Below, piece after piece: positions 21,253 through 34,030 of a stretch of DNA of 64,000 nucleotides (the first letter of the stretch is position 1; every line of letters starts with the position of its first letter). Under the pieces are notes generated by a model. It was not told the origin of the DNA. It was given only the letters and a program-made list of their open reading frames with translations, and made no database searches. Made by a program: the position numbers and the translations under genes. This DNA comes from Dicyema japonicum (lineage: Eukaryota; Animalia; Dicyemida): contig RDEW01000078.1 in the NCBI GenBank assembly GCA_011109175.1, positions 9,239 to 73,238 of the forward strand, written 5' to 3'.

Positions 21253-23584
21253 ATGGTTTCCTGTTAGCAATTATTTAGAATATACTTATTTGTGTAATAT
21301 GGATGACCAAAATATATTCACATGCAGTGAATTACACGATTGAAGAGGAATTACCTATTGGACATGTAATTGGTAATTTCTGTAGGGATTTAATGATTAA
21401 TTGTTCTGACTATGATGTCTCTCTACAGTGTTATTATTTCTCACTAGACAAGTCTGGTGATATAAGAGTAAGGGTGAATGACATATTTAGATTAAAGAAA
21501 GGATTGATTATGATTCTGTATTCATGAAATTGCAAAACTATGAATTCAGGTATAAAATATATCTTTCAGGCGAATCGGGAAATTTAATTGTGGATTTAGT
21601 AGTGAAAGTATTATTTTAATTTAGAAATAATTAGGTCGTCGATATAAATGATAATAAACCGATATTTGATAGTCGAGTAATATATTTTAATGTCACTGAA
21701 TTAAAAATTGGGACAAATTTAACATTCCCGAAAGCCAAAGATGCAGACAGAAATGATATAATTAGATATGCATTGCTTGGAAACCAGGATTTTGAATTAA
21801 TTGAGGATTTCACAAACTTAACTTTAAAATGTCTTAAAAATTTCAATGCCAGTACTATGACGTCACTCAGAATTATTGCCGTCGACAATTATACATTGGA
21901 ACATTTAGAATATATTGATATTAAAATTAACCATCACACTCCTAAATACAACATAACTGCTTCTGAAGATGATATATTATTATCATGGAAGGCGGAATCC
22001 AACGTTTTTGTTGTTAATAAGACCACTTCATTGCTGGGTACTTTAACTGCTACAACTAATGATACAATTTCATGTATTGCAAACTCACGTGCAATTAGTT
22101 TGAGTTTATCAGTAAAGAATGAATATAATGTGTATGTGAATGACTATAATAGTGTGATTCCTGTCACAACTATTAATATTACATGTATTAAATTAACTGA
22201 TGATGGCTGTCCTTATTCATGGGATAGAGGACAAGATGTTTACATAACAAACTTGACAGTATTTTATTAATATTATTGTTAGATTATTTCTGAAAATATT
22301 TCTAATACTGCCATGTATTTGAAGATATATGAAAATATGCCAATTGAAACTGCAGTTGATATTGGAATTAGCGAAAATTGGGATATTAAAGGCTCAACTA
22401 ATTTTGTTGTATCAAGGTTTTCATTGTACCCAGTATCAAACCGAGTTTTTGACTATGAAAAAGAAAAAAATATAAATATTACTGTAAAATTTAAAAATGA
22501 TACATATTTAACTAAAACAATTAATATACTTGATGCGAATGATAATTCTCCATTATTTATAAATTCAACCTGTGGATATTATATAATGATAAACTCTCCA
22601 TCAAATCAATCACTATTCAATATAAAAGCACAGGACAATGACTCAGCCGAAAACTCCCAAGTAAAATATAGAATACATGCAATCAATGATTTGAGTATTA
22701 TTGACTGTCCTTCAAAGAATAACACTGACAATTTATTCAAAATAGATTCAAATACAGGAATAGTTTATACAAATAAGAGAATAACCAAAGAAACAATATA
22801 TAATGTTATCATTGAGGCTTATGACTCGGGACCACAACAACTATTCACTCAAACAAATTGCTTTATTAAAGTCATTAACCTCACCAATATGTTTAAATAC
22901 AACTATTTTGGATATTTTTTAAAACCACGAAGTACACTTAATAGCACTAAATTGAATACTGGAAATGTTATCATGAATACTGCTATTTTTGTCTCTGAAG
23001 AAATTACCGACATGAAATATTTAATTTCCAATGAATCCTTAGGATACTTTATAATTGATCCCCAAACTGGATCTCTCACAATAATCAAAGTACCAATGGA
23101 TTATTCACTTAATATTGAGTTTTCATCACAAAAATACTCGACTTTTAAATATAATTTTGTCATCCAATTTGAATGGAAAAAATCAAAAATAACTCCGAAA
23201 CTGAACGAAACAGACAAGAAATCAATGGTTATTATATGGACAATGTCCTTCATTTTAATTTTTGTAGTCACAATATCCTTCGGAATCACTGTAATGATTA
23301 AAAAACGAAAATTAAAGAATACTAATGAATTTGAATGGAAAAAATCAAAAATAACTCCGAAACTGAACGAAACAGACAAGAAATCAATGGTTATTATATG
23401 GACAATGTCCTTCATTTTAATTTTTGTAGTCACAATATCCTTCGGAATCACTGTAATGATTAGAAAACGAAAATTAAAGAAAACTAATGGGAAAACATTT
23501 TATCGTAAAATGAATGGTAAAAATCCTGTTGATCCTTCTGTAAGCTTTGAGGGTGTTTGGGAGAATGACAATCAATTTAATTAG
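21253..23584 (+). CDS. Protocadherin-like adhesion protein, 744 aa, five exons: 21253-21255, 21279-21467, 21491-21607, 21635-22258, 22283-23584
   Basis: Four phase-0 GT-AG introns (23, 23, 27, 24 nt) join the ORF pieces into one open frame. It has a signal peptide MNILICVIWMTKIYSHA, a protocadherin-type EC1 (YTIEEELPIGHVIGNFCRDL, RIDYD, DINDNKPIF), DAD, FDYE, DANDNSPLF, QDND and AYDSGPQQL motifs, about six EC repeats, a duplicated TM segment and a short tail. Confidence 0.9.
23166..23489 (+). repeat. In-frame 162-bp tandem duplication (54 aa) covering the juxtamembrane and TM segment
   Basis: FEWKKSKITPKLNETDKKSMVIIWTMSFILIFVVTISFGITVMI(K/R)KRKLK(N/K)TN(E/G) occurs twice. There is no N at the junction and differences are confined to the 3' end. 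Confidence 0.95.
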
Positions 23585-25989
23585 TGATTTCTTATTTTTT
23601 CGTTAATCTATTGGCTTTCTTTAATTCAGTGAGTCAGAGTAAATAGCTTTCCTGACATCTCAAGTCACTTTTTAAATAAAAAATTCCAAACTGAGTAACG
23701 ACAAACTAACAAATAGCGACACGTTGTAGCAGGAATGAATGGGAGATAGTATTCAGATAGAGTAAAGTGACATGATGCACCTAAACATATTAATACTTAA
23801 ATAAAGTTAACCATTTTTGAAATTTATTTCAAATTTATTAGAAAGAGTGAAAAATGGCAAGAACAATTTATGACATTTTAATAAAAAAATGTTATTCGAC
23901 ATTTACTAAGAAGTTACATGAATAGTCAGAGATCACTAGTCGTCATTATCCGTGAGACTGACAAGTCAGTTACTCTTTTTTTCTAATACGGTATGCTAAT
24001 ATGGAAGAAATTCTATTGAAGCTAAGTTTTTTTTCAAAACTAACTATCGAGAATCCAAAAACAATGATTATCTTCTTAAAATTCATCACTTCTGATTGGT
24101 GATCGTACCAGATGACATTGAATTGTATTAATTCAATCATGACTAATTAAAAAGTGATTCAGTAATTACAGATTTCCATAAATTATTGCAAATTTAAAAT
24201 ATTTCCTATACTTTCTTAATCCAATAATACAGTCCCTTTGATTTTTTGCAGTTACATTTTACTGTTAAAGACATTTCTTACTTTTTGGAATTCTAAGGAC
24301 ACAACAGCAAAAATTATAATTCCTTAATATCGCTCTCAGCACTCATGGAGTGCCATACCTGTAGTACAATGGGAATTAATTTACTTTATTAAATAAACGC
24401 AGCAATAATCAATAATATAAAACCCATCTAATTTGTCAAGCAATTTCCCTTGTCGACAACGCTGACTCGGGGCAGCTCATCAGAGAAATTTCGTTCAGTT
24501 TGTAGTTCGTAGATGACTAAAGTGATGGCAAAAAATGAACATTGCCATCCTTGTTTGTTTGACCGAAACATCGACTGATATTAATAATATTCTAAAAAAT
24601 CAGGTTAAAAGCATCGTTTATACAGTATGAGCTAGAGATAATCTTCAGCTTAGAAAATACAGTAACTGTGACTCTAACAACGTCTTTTAGAGTTCATAAT
24701 TTGACACTGATCATCATAGTCAGTTAAAAGTAGGTTTCTTTCTCAAATATTAAAGTTAATATATGAAAGTATTAATATTTTATCAAAAAGTTTATTTGAG
24801 TATAATATTTCAGTCCTGAAATGTTAATCACAACCTTTTTCTTTAGAGTCTCTACGGTAAACCTAGAAGACTATGAAGCTTAAATTTTTTGAGATTTATC
24901 GTAAAGACATAGACAGAATTTCACTTTGATCACAATAATATTTGAAGACTAAAACTCTTTACGAATTTCATTTAGCAGCAAATGATCTTGGACATAGGAT
25001 TTATGTAGTGATTAAACCTTTGTGAGGCTTGAGAGAATTCCAGATTAATTTATCATTCACAATGAAATTATATAATTCGAGAGGTCCGTTTATCTCTCTA
25101 TGTCAAACTCAAAAAGCTCCAGGGGCCGACTGAGATAATTTGAGTATACAAGCGGGCCACACTAAGTAATCTGAAAACACCGAAATGTTATTGAAGTGTA
25201 TTTAATAATTAGCAAGTCTACTTCATCGGTTATATTACGATAACACTTCACAATGCCAAATATAACAATTGTAATCATTTTTTGAAGATTATCATTTTCC
25301 ATTTTCAGTCTTTGTTTTGTCCTTGGGTGCCTCATTTTCATGACAGTTTTTCGTATATCTGAAATGTTTAGCAGTTCCGAACTGATCATGGATGACAAGT
25401 GAGCCTCAGTAAGCCTTGTTCTCTAAAACGATTTTGTTGATTTTACAAAGAAAAACAACTGTTACACATAGGTGGAACCGAAAACTGCCATAATAATCGT
25501 TGAAAACTATAAAGTTTGTAAACTTTTCCGGAAGTATGAATATAAGCCAGATATTCCTACTTCGAGGTATTTTTCTCTGAATGTAAAATCAGACTGCATT
25601 CCTAATAGTTCCATCGTAAGCACCAAGTGCTCCGCCAAACACGTTGAAGCACCCACCTTGTAAGACAGTACATCGTTGTTCTGGGAACGTTCGTATTAAA
25701 GGGGAACGTAAAGTGTAGGCCTGTGAACGTCTTCTAACCACGTAGAACCCCATAACCGCGGCCTGTCAATTTAAAGCCATTGACAGAAATGCACTGTTTT
25801 TCTTTTGTATCTCATTTCAATGATACGGTCAGCCCAATATCGTCGACTTTATAACAATCCTTTGTGCTGGCTGGTGTTTGACATAGCTGATCTATACATG
25901 TTCATATGTAAGACTTATTACTACTTCGGGTACCAAAAACCAGGATTCTTAATTTAAATACATGGTTTTAGCCGTTTGCTATTATGTGA

Positions 25990-26130
25990 CTACTTGATTT
26001 GAGATTTCTCTTCTTTTTGGTGGAGTCATGGATCCACCTTATTTAAATAGATGTTTCATTCCTTGCCGGCATTCAAAAGGATCCATATCTTCATTCCACC
26101 AGAAGACTATTTAGCTCCCTGGCAAAGTTC
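25990..26130 (+). mobile_element. SINE family B partial
   Basis: ggagtcatggatccacc...ggcattcaaaaggatccatatcttcattccacc core. Confidence 0.5.
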
Positions 26131-27419
26131 TGACATCGACCTCAGCTTTTAACAATGTTCTCTTATCTTTGTGCTTGGATGAGTGTTCTACTAAAATCAT
26201 CAGATCTCGAGATTAGTTAGTTCGGTTTTACCCTTGATCTTTGGAATAATTTAATGGTGTATGGATGACTTTTATAATAGTAATTTATGCAATTAGAGAA
26301 ATGATCATTTTGTTAGTAAAGAAAAATTGTGTAGATACTCTCATTTTGGTCGATTTTACTATAATTGCAATAAACTTTTTCGGATACTGAATTTATTTAA
26401 GAGAGAAATTTGTGGTGGTTGGATTTATGTCTGCAAAGTATCTGTGGATGCTCATTTGGATACTGTTTCAAGTGTTCAGGATTGATAGAATAAAAGGATA
26501 AGCTACCCGAGATGTTGTATGATGATTAGTGTGAAATTGACGGAGAGAGATGACTAATGAGCTTTTAGGTCACATATGACAAATCCATTACTCATATTAG
26601 CGATTATGTTCCACTGTCGGTGTACTTAAAGGAAAAGTATACTATCCGAGTATTGGATGAATAAAAATGAATTACTGTGATTTCCACGCATTCAAAGAGA
26701 TTCAGGAGATTGTATTTGGATGACAAATCACTTTAGAGTAATGAGTTGACCACCAGCGGTATTGATTGGTTCAATGGCAACTTTGTGGATGATTTTAAAC
26801 ATACAATATGATAATCTTTGACAAATTCGAATATGACACACAAGATGAGACCAGCGGCAATTAAATGGGACGCTCCAAATGATGGTCGGTTACATAAATC
26901 GGTATTTTAATATCACTGAAAATACCCGAAAATTAATTTATAAAAATATAAATGTTTATTTTATTTTAATTATAGATTATAAATAATCCGAATTCGTATT
27001 ATTGTGAGCGCAAGTGTTTATGAACGTTCGTGGTTGGACGGCTAGGTGACTGTGGAATTGTCGGCCTACTAATTTAGTGGTTAACATATTTGTTGACAAT
27101 GTTAGGTACCAACTGCAACCCTGTAAGAAGGTGATTCTACCGAAGAAGAGGACACAAGAAAGCGTAGAGTTTTAGCGAAAAATTATACAGGGCAAGGCAA
27201 CTGGACCATTGAAGTGGTAGCGGTTAGATTATCTAAAATATCTTAGTAGAACGAGAAGCTGGCTGATGACAATATCGATAGCTTGAGATTTTTTATGACC
27301 TTGCAAGGATTCCAGAGATTGTGATGAAAATGGGTATTTCATTATATTGACAGAATCCTAAATATGGAATATATATGGGACCGAGTACATATATGAACTA
27401 TGCCACCCCCGCAACGTTA

Positions 27420-27660
27420 GTGTGGTGCTGGTGGCTACTTGAATTGAAGATTTTTTGTTTGTTTCTTCTGTTCTTCCTCTTTCCTTTGGTTCCAGGGAGC
27501 TTGAATTGTTGGCATACTTTATGTGGCTCACCATTTCTGGTGGTGCAAGATATAATCCTAAATTATAACCAAAAAGGACCATTAGTCAAGCACCAAGTCC
27601 AAGCATGCCAAGACTATTGATGGAGGCCGGAATCAGCTGAATATTTTACATTCTGGCTAT
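27420..27660 (+). mobile_element. SINE family B-related copy
   Basis: gtgtggtgctggtggctacttgaattgaagattttttgtt matches the start of the 40160 copy, followed by the aaaaaggacc core. Confidence 0.5.
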
Positions 27661-27999
27661 GACGGTTTTCTGGTTCAATAAATTTAATTTATATTATTTT
27701 TGTCTCGTCTTACGACAGATTTACCAGTTATTCAGTGGCTTTGTTCTTTCTTTGGAAGCGAATGGTCACGTGGATATATTATTAAGCCAAGAAATCACCA
27801 GAAAGTTAGTTTTCAACGAGGGTTATGGCTGAGACAAAAGATTGGAATGGTCATACTCCGAGCGAACTCGTTCGCAATTCACGCAGCCGGTTTCCTCAAC
27901 TGACATTTGTTTCTTTGTTAAAAAATTATTTTATTTAAAAAAATACAACACACTATGTACATTGTGCCGATGATTTCCCACTTTAGATGGACGTGGTGC

Positions 28000-28300
28000 T
28001 CGACCTTCTTAAAAGGTTTTTGAAAAGGGTAGTCTGTGTAATAACTAGGGCAGTTTTTCTTAAGATGCCAGGATTGGCGAAGACTTTCCTACTGATATCC
28101 GCCATTTCTAGCCTCAACCAAAGTTCTTCGAGGGGCTCACATCACTTTGAAGCAAGCCTTCATCCGATATTGGATCCTCCACATATTTCTTTACTTCCGC
28201 TGGACCCTCAACAAAATCCAAATATTTCATCCCTTTATATGCTTTGCAAATATTTTCTGCTGCGACTATGAGCAACTGATCTAATAGTTCAAAACTATTG
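28000..28300 (-). mobile_element. Possible mariner-like transposase N-terminal remnant
   Basis: AAENICKAYKG...EDPISDE resembles the mariner HTH region. Heavily decayed. Confidence 0.3.
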
Positions 28301-28619
28301 TTAATTCCCTCACATTCAAAAGAACTAATTATATACGACTTCGGAAATTTCGATTCTTTGTTGTAGCACTTTTAAATTTATTTTAAAGGAGCTGGCTCAC
28401 TGATCGCATTTCCTTACAGATCATCAGGCGAAATGAGTTCTCGATTCTGAAAAAAACCAGCAGCTGTTAACTGTTAGTTTTTAATTTATTTTTGTCTTTT
28501 TAAAAAAATTAATTGATGAATAGTAAAGACTACATTTAAGATTTGTTATATATTGATTTAGTGTCCTTTGACATTACAGTAAATCACCACGTTTATGTTA
28601 ATTAATTGATTTTTTATAA

Positions 28620-30850
28620 TTTGCGCCAGATACTTGATCTCAAACCTGACACAAACACAAAGACTCCTGATCAGGATCCCCAAAGCTGCCCGTATATCCT
28701 TCGCGGACTGCCTATGTGAGTGTATTGAAAGGGCAGTCTTTCGGACGACTATGAGGATTTATTATTTTGCTTCGCTCCATTCACACTATGCATACCCCAT
28801 AGGAGGGGGAAAGAAGAGAAATCACTTACGTCATTAGTAAAGGAGAATGTCCACATACTCTCAAGGAACCTATTGGCAGACTCCAAAAAGCTCACCTACA
28901 AATCCCAAAACCATGAGAAGCCAACACCGACTATCTCGGACACTCAGAGATTAAGAAGTGCGATCCGTCGAAAACTTTCGGAAGTGGAATCCGTGCTGCC
29001 TTGAGGATCCTTGCAGATCAACACCGTATAATTCAGCCGTCTGAACAGTCCTACGCTGAGCGACACCAAGTACCTCCCAACGACCACCGGATTCCTCCTT
29101 GCCTAGGACAATTAACTAATTTACTTGTCTCTGAAGAGGACGTAAAAGATGGGATTCTCTTTTGTCTCGAGCAGCAGTGGAGGACTAGATGGCTCTGTCC
29201 GGGCACCTCAAAACCTCATTGCTCATAACACGGGCAACTCTGGGTCCGGCAATCACCAAACCAATGAACAGGATGCTATCAGGGACACTACCAGAAACAA
29301 TTCGACACGTAATGTTCTCCACCAAGTTAATCGCATTCAACAAGAGGTGAGGGGGAATATGCCTATTACTGCGGCTTGGTTTTTGTTGGTTGGCCTCAAA
29401 GCTTGTATGCAGAGCAATCCTGCCTACGCTGATAACACAGCTACAAAACCAAATAGGGGTCACTCGGGGGTTGTGAAGCGGCAGTTCACGCTGTCCGAAA
29501 ATTCCTCACGTAATCGTCAAAATTGACATAAAAATGCTGTCAATTCGATACGACGTGATACAATTCTGGATGATTGCTTCACATCAACCCATTAGTGTAC
29601 AGCTATATTCATAGCTCGCACGGAAAAGTATCCAATCTGGTACACGACCAATATTACATTCCATATTTTTCTGGAGTCCAACAAGGTGACCCACTGTGTT
29701 CTGCCTTGTTCAGCCTGGGAATTGCCCGTATCACAGGATATTGAAAATAATTAGATGGTCACTTACTGATACTGGAATCAGTAACACTCTAAGAACAAAA
29801 GAACAACAACTAAAAACAACATTCAGACTTCGGAGATGCTGGACACATATACCTCCTTATTCCTGCTGAGAACGTTTTTTCAGCACAGAAACTAAACTAC
29901 GTTTTTCGGGGCACTCTGCTATATGAAAATGCAACAGCTCGATGCTATCGATTCCCTCTTCCGGACCACTATTGAACGTATCACCAATGTGAAATTTGAC
30001 GACCGAGGGTGGGACCAAGCAACCCTACCCGTTAGCTTGGTGGACTGGGAATCCCTTCACTGAAAGATCTGGCTTGTCCCGAGTATCTGTTCTCTTTGGT
30101 CTCTAGCCACTGCTGATCAGGATGATTCTCCAACTCTAAACAGAATCATTTGACATCACAGATATGGAGCATTTGAAATGGATGATGCCTGAGCAGAAAG
30201 ACCGTTGCAGGACCATCTGCTAGGATAAATATGAGACCCTTCTGAATTAATCAAACCAACACAGATGCGAATCGAGTAGCATTTGGATCAATGCACTTTC
30301 CGTTGGTAGTGACGGGACCCACCTTGACGACGATACTGTCCGCATCGGCATTTCCACCAGACTTGAACTGGAGATTTCCGGACTCACAAATGCCGGTGTG
30401 GCGCCACCGTCGATTGTTATGAACACCATGCCCTCTCATGTCAAAGAAATCCAGAACGATTCCCAAGACACAAGGCGATCAACGGAATTGTCAAGCGGGA
30501 TACCCTGCTATACTTGAACTGCTGGCCTGGACAGAGGGGACAGATAACGTCCTGACGGAATCACAATTTTCCCATTTAAAAAAGGAAACCTTTGATCTTG
30601 GGTGCTACTTTTGTCGACCTACTTTGCCCATCCAACATTTTCGGAAGCGCGGTAGACACACTGTATGCCGCAAAAGAACCGACGATGGAAGCAAAGGAGA
30701 AGAAATACGGAGCGCTACGTGTCCGATTCGCGTTCTATCCTACTGTGGTCGAGGGAACCAGACGTCTCAAAAGCGAGTGGAACAAAAAAACTATTGACAA
30801 GCCGGCGTACTTGGCTCTTTTCAACCTCTTGGCCAATTAAGCGGAAGAGA
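28620..30850 (+). mobile_element. CRE-clade non-LTR retrotransposon (RT, CCHC, restriction-like endonuclease), degenerate
   Basis: RLLIRIPKAAR N-terminus, SSGGLDG, GVQQGDPLCSALF, WDQATLPV..GGLGI, zinc knuckle HKCRCGATVD..EHHALSC..RFPRH..IN, RPDGIT.FPF.KG...WDATFVD, KEKKY. Confidence 0.85.
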
Positions 30851-31029
30851 AAACCATTTTTTAATGTATGAATAAACATGGCTGTTCTATTTGGTGGTAT
30901 TTACATATGGTCCGATTTTTCCAAACAATTAAATATCCTTTTTCAGGGTTTTATCTAACATGATATATCTCTGGTTGCTTACCTGAGAAAAAGGAATATT
31001 TTAGTTATATTAGTTTTTTTAATTCGGCT

Positions 31030-31330
31030 TAGTTAGTTAAAGCACATTCGCGTTACCAGTAAACACTGTTTATGGTTTCGCTTGTAGCATGCTTTTCGAT
31101 TATCATTTCCGTTAGTCTTCTCCATCCTTTTCGCTGTCGTGCTCGTTTCCTGATTTCATCCAGATCGTCTGCATCCATCAGTCGGCCCCCGATCACTGGG
31201 TAATCCTCCTCAAGTGTCCTTGGAAGACAACTTCTTTGACGTCCTCTGAATGCAGGAGATACAGTATGGTCAAAAAATTCTTCCATGGCGACATTGCATG
31301 GTGTCTGTTCATCCATCCGTGTTAGATTCC
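31030..31330 (-). mobile_element. RTE-like LINE 3' fragment
   Basis: ORF 31053-31316 (FRGRQRSCLP..L..D...GRL.DADDLD.IR..A..RKGWRRL) is homologous to the C-terminus at about 45200-45400 (FRGKPRITLPEVLHKDL...DDLDTL..A.NR.AWRKL). Confidence 0.75.
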
Positions 31331-31449
31331 ACTTGAAATTTAAATTTGAAAAAACGTGTTCTTGTGGTACCGTGTGGTACTAATGAATCTTCAAATATTC
31401 AGCTTTATAATTGTTTTCAAGAGTTTATAATTATGAATTAATATCTAAA

Positions 31450-34030
31450 AATCATTGTTAAATAATCTCCGCCCTTTAAATAATTTAACCTCGGAATTTT
31501 CGGAGTTTATGTGGTTCATCGATTCTGTAATTTTTGGTAACGCCCAGAGGGCATTTAATGATCCTCCAAAGAAAACCATTAAACATCTACCTCCGAGAAA
31601 ACTGTCTTCTCGGCTCACTCTCTATCATCCTCATTTACCCGGAAGGAACCCCTAGCCCACCGCAAGAAACGGACCACGGTTCTGCAACTGAAAATCAATG
31701 GAGTAAGAGGCAAGATATTGGAACTCCGCTCTCTCCTGGCGGACCTGAAGATCGACATGGGTTTAATTCAAGAGACGAAACTGCCTGCGAACAGTCCTAC
31801 CCCGATGTTCCCTGGATACGAGTAAATACGGACTGACCGAAAAAGGAAGCGGGGTGGTGGCCTCCTCATTTTATATCGGAAAGACCTTAAATGTGTGAAC
31901 ATTATTTCAGTGGTGAAGAACATCTTGCGAGACGACGATGTTACTTAAGTCAATGCAGTCTCACTAGAAACAACAAATGGAAAAATTATTTTTGTAAACG
32001 TCTATGCTCCCCTACCTGGTTCTTGTCCGAAGCACTACAATATTCCCATTTATCTACTTTGGCTTTTTTGAAAGAGTGATCATTGCCGGGGATATCAACG
32101 CAAAACACCCTATGTGGCTGGCAAGTCAACCGTCCGACTCAAGAGGAAAAGTACTATTTTCGCAGACAGAACCTTTCACAATCATGAATGATCAGTCAAA
32201 ACATACGGGAACCTCCTTCAGACCAACTAACTTCTCCAGACATCACGCTTTGTTCTTCCGCTCTGGCGGCAATATCGACTCGGTCAGTCACCTTACAACT
32301 CAAGAAGCGACCATAATTCTATCCTCTTGGAGATCAAAAGAGAAACGTCAACTTGGAGGAGATCCCCAGAACAATTCAACTACAAACGCGCAGATTATAG
32401 ACTTTACCGTACATTTACTGACAATCTACTGCATCACCTGAATGGTATTTTTTTCATGGACAAAGTAGTCGTTTAAGAAAACCGCACTATCTTGAATGCG
32501 AGATAACTATCTGTACCTAAACAACGTTTTAACTACACCAAGGGATTCTGGCCGATTAATACTGAGGATAAATTTAGACTCAAGGCTTTGAACAATGAAC
32601 TAAAACAGGGAAATAAGAGCACAAATATCAAAATGAAAGCATGTGTTCTCCTCGTTGAATAGAAATAGACTTAAATTTGGAAGACCATCCGAGACGCCTC
32701 GAGAGGGGATGAAAGATCGTCCGAGTGGACCACAGCCAAAAGGACTTGACCAACCTTATAAATTACTATGTGAAAATATCCATAAAGACCATAAGAAGTC
32801 GGATGTACCCCCGAAATATCTCAGTAAACCGATAAAGGAACTGGATACGATTCACTTCACTGAAAACGACATTAGATATACATCGAAAGTCACTACAACG
32901 ACCTATCATAACGGACCAGATAAGATTCCAATGATCCTCCTAAAGAATTTGGGAGACTATGGAATTGCTGCATTAACTAAGATATTCAACCAATCTATTA
33001 ACAAAATTGTACTCCAGCCTTATGGAAGTTTGCCCACTACGTCCAATTTTGAAATCCGGTAAAGTGAAATAGGACCCAGCTTCATACAGACCGGTCGCGT
33101 TATTGTGTTCGGTGTCTAAAATTCTGGAAAGGCTGGTTCTTGTGAAAATCAAAAAATTTCCTCCCGGATTTGTCATTTCAACATGGTTTTAAATAGAGAC
33201 TTCGACCCACTTATCTGCATTGACTAACTTTATACGATATGATTTTTCGCACATGCCGGGACACATGAAGACTGTACTTTGCTCCATAGACGTCCACAAA
33301 GCTTTCGAATCTGTGTCAAGGATTCTTACTCGGAAAATTTACTAAACAAAGATCCCTGGAAAGCTCAAACTCTGGCTAACTAACTCCCTTAGTGGTTGGA
33401 GAGAACGCGTCTGCATTGGCCAGTCAAGGTCTATTTTCACGGCTTCTTCCAATGGGGTTCCCCAAGGATCCTTTGTCTCCAGTTTTATTCAACCTATACA
33501 TGGCGGACCTCCCACTCCAGACTCCGAAAATAATATTATTCTAACTTTTGCCGACGACATCGTCATTGCGTCACGCGATCAGATTGCCACTTCGAAATTG
33601 CAAAAAATCCGGACCGTCTTGACAAATGGCTATCGAAGTATCGCCTAACTATTAGCAGTGAATAGTCAGTCACAACCATATTTACTTAGACAAGAGACTG
33701 GAAGACGGACAGTCGAACTGAAGGCAAACAATGAATGTGGTATATGGAATCCACTCATCTCTTAGACGAATGTCTTGAAGATCGAGGCTAGCGGAGAAGA
33801 GCCTCCAAAATCACGGAACGCTGGATTCCTGGAGAACTCCAGCCACCAATGCCTCTTGAAGCCTTGGTAAGAATGAACCACGGAATGCGCCGTCGTGACT
33901 GCGAAGGTCCAGTCACTCGACCAATACGTGCTTGTGTGGAGACGAAGGAAAAGCTAGAGCGTGCAGGGATCACATAATTAGTTATTTGTGTAACCGTGGT
34001 CTCTGGTGTTATTATTTATTATTTATCTCT
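31450..34030 (+). mobile_element. Jockey/I-like LINE ORF2 (APE and RT), degenerate, with 3' tail
   Basis: RKGGGLLILYRKDL, IIAGDINAKHPMW, GPDKIPMILLKNL, DPASYRPVALLCSVSKILERLV, QHGF, LDVHKAFESV, GVPQGS, FADDIVI. Ends in a (TTA)-rich tail near 34010. Confidence 0.9.

Noticed and set aside
21550-21569. Perfect-looking 20-nt GT-AG intron (gtataaaatatatctttcag) inside protocadherin exon 3
   Set aside because: Removing it breaks the frame. Read through, it gives EFRYKIYLSG, which aligns without gaps to EFRYEIDLFKG in the paralog, and exon 3 is 117 nt in both genes.
24400-25750. Possible minus-strand kinase-like remnant
   Set aside because: Only vague resemblance (PLELYNFI, VIYELQT), many stops, and no HRD, DFG or APE motifs found.
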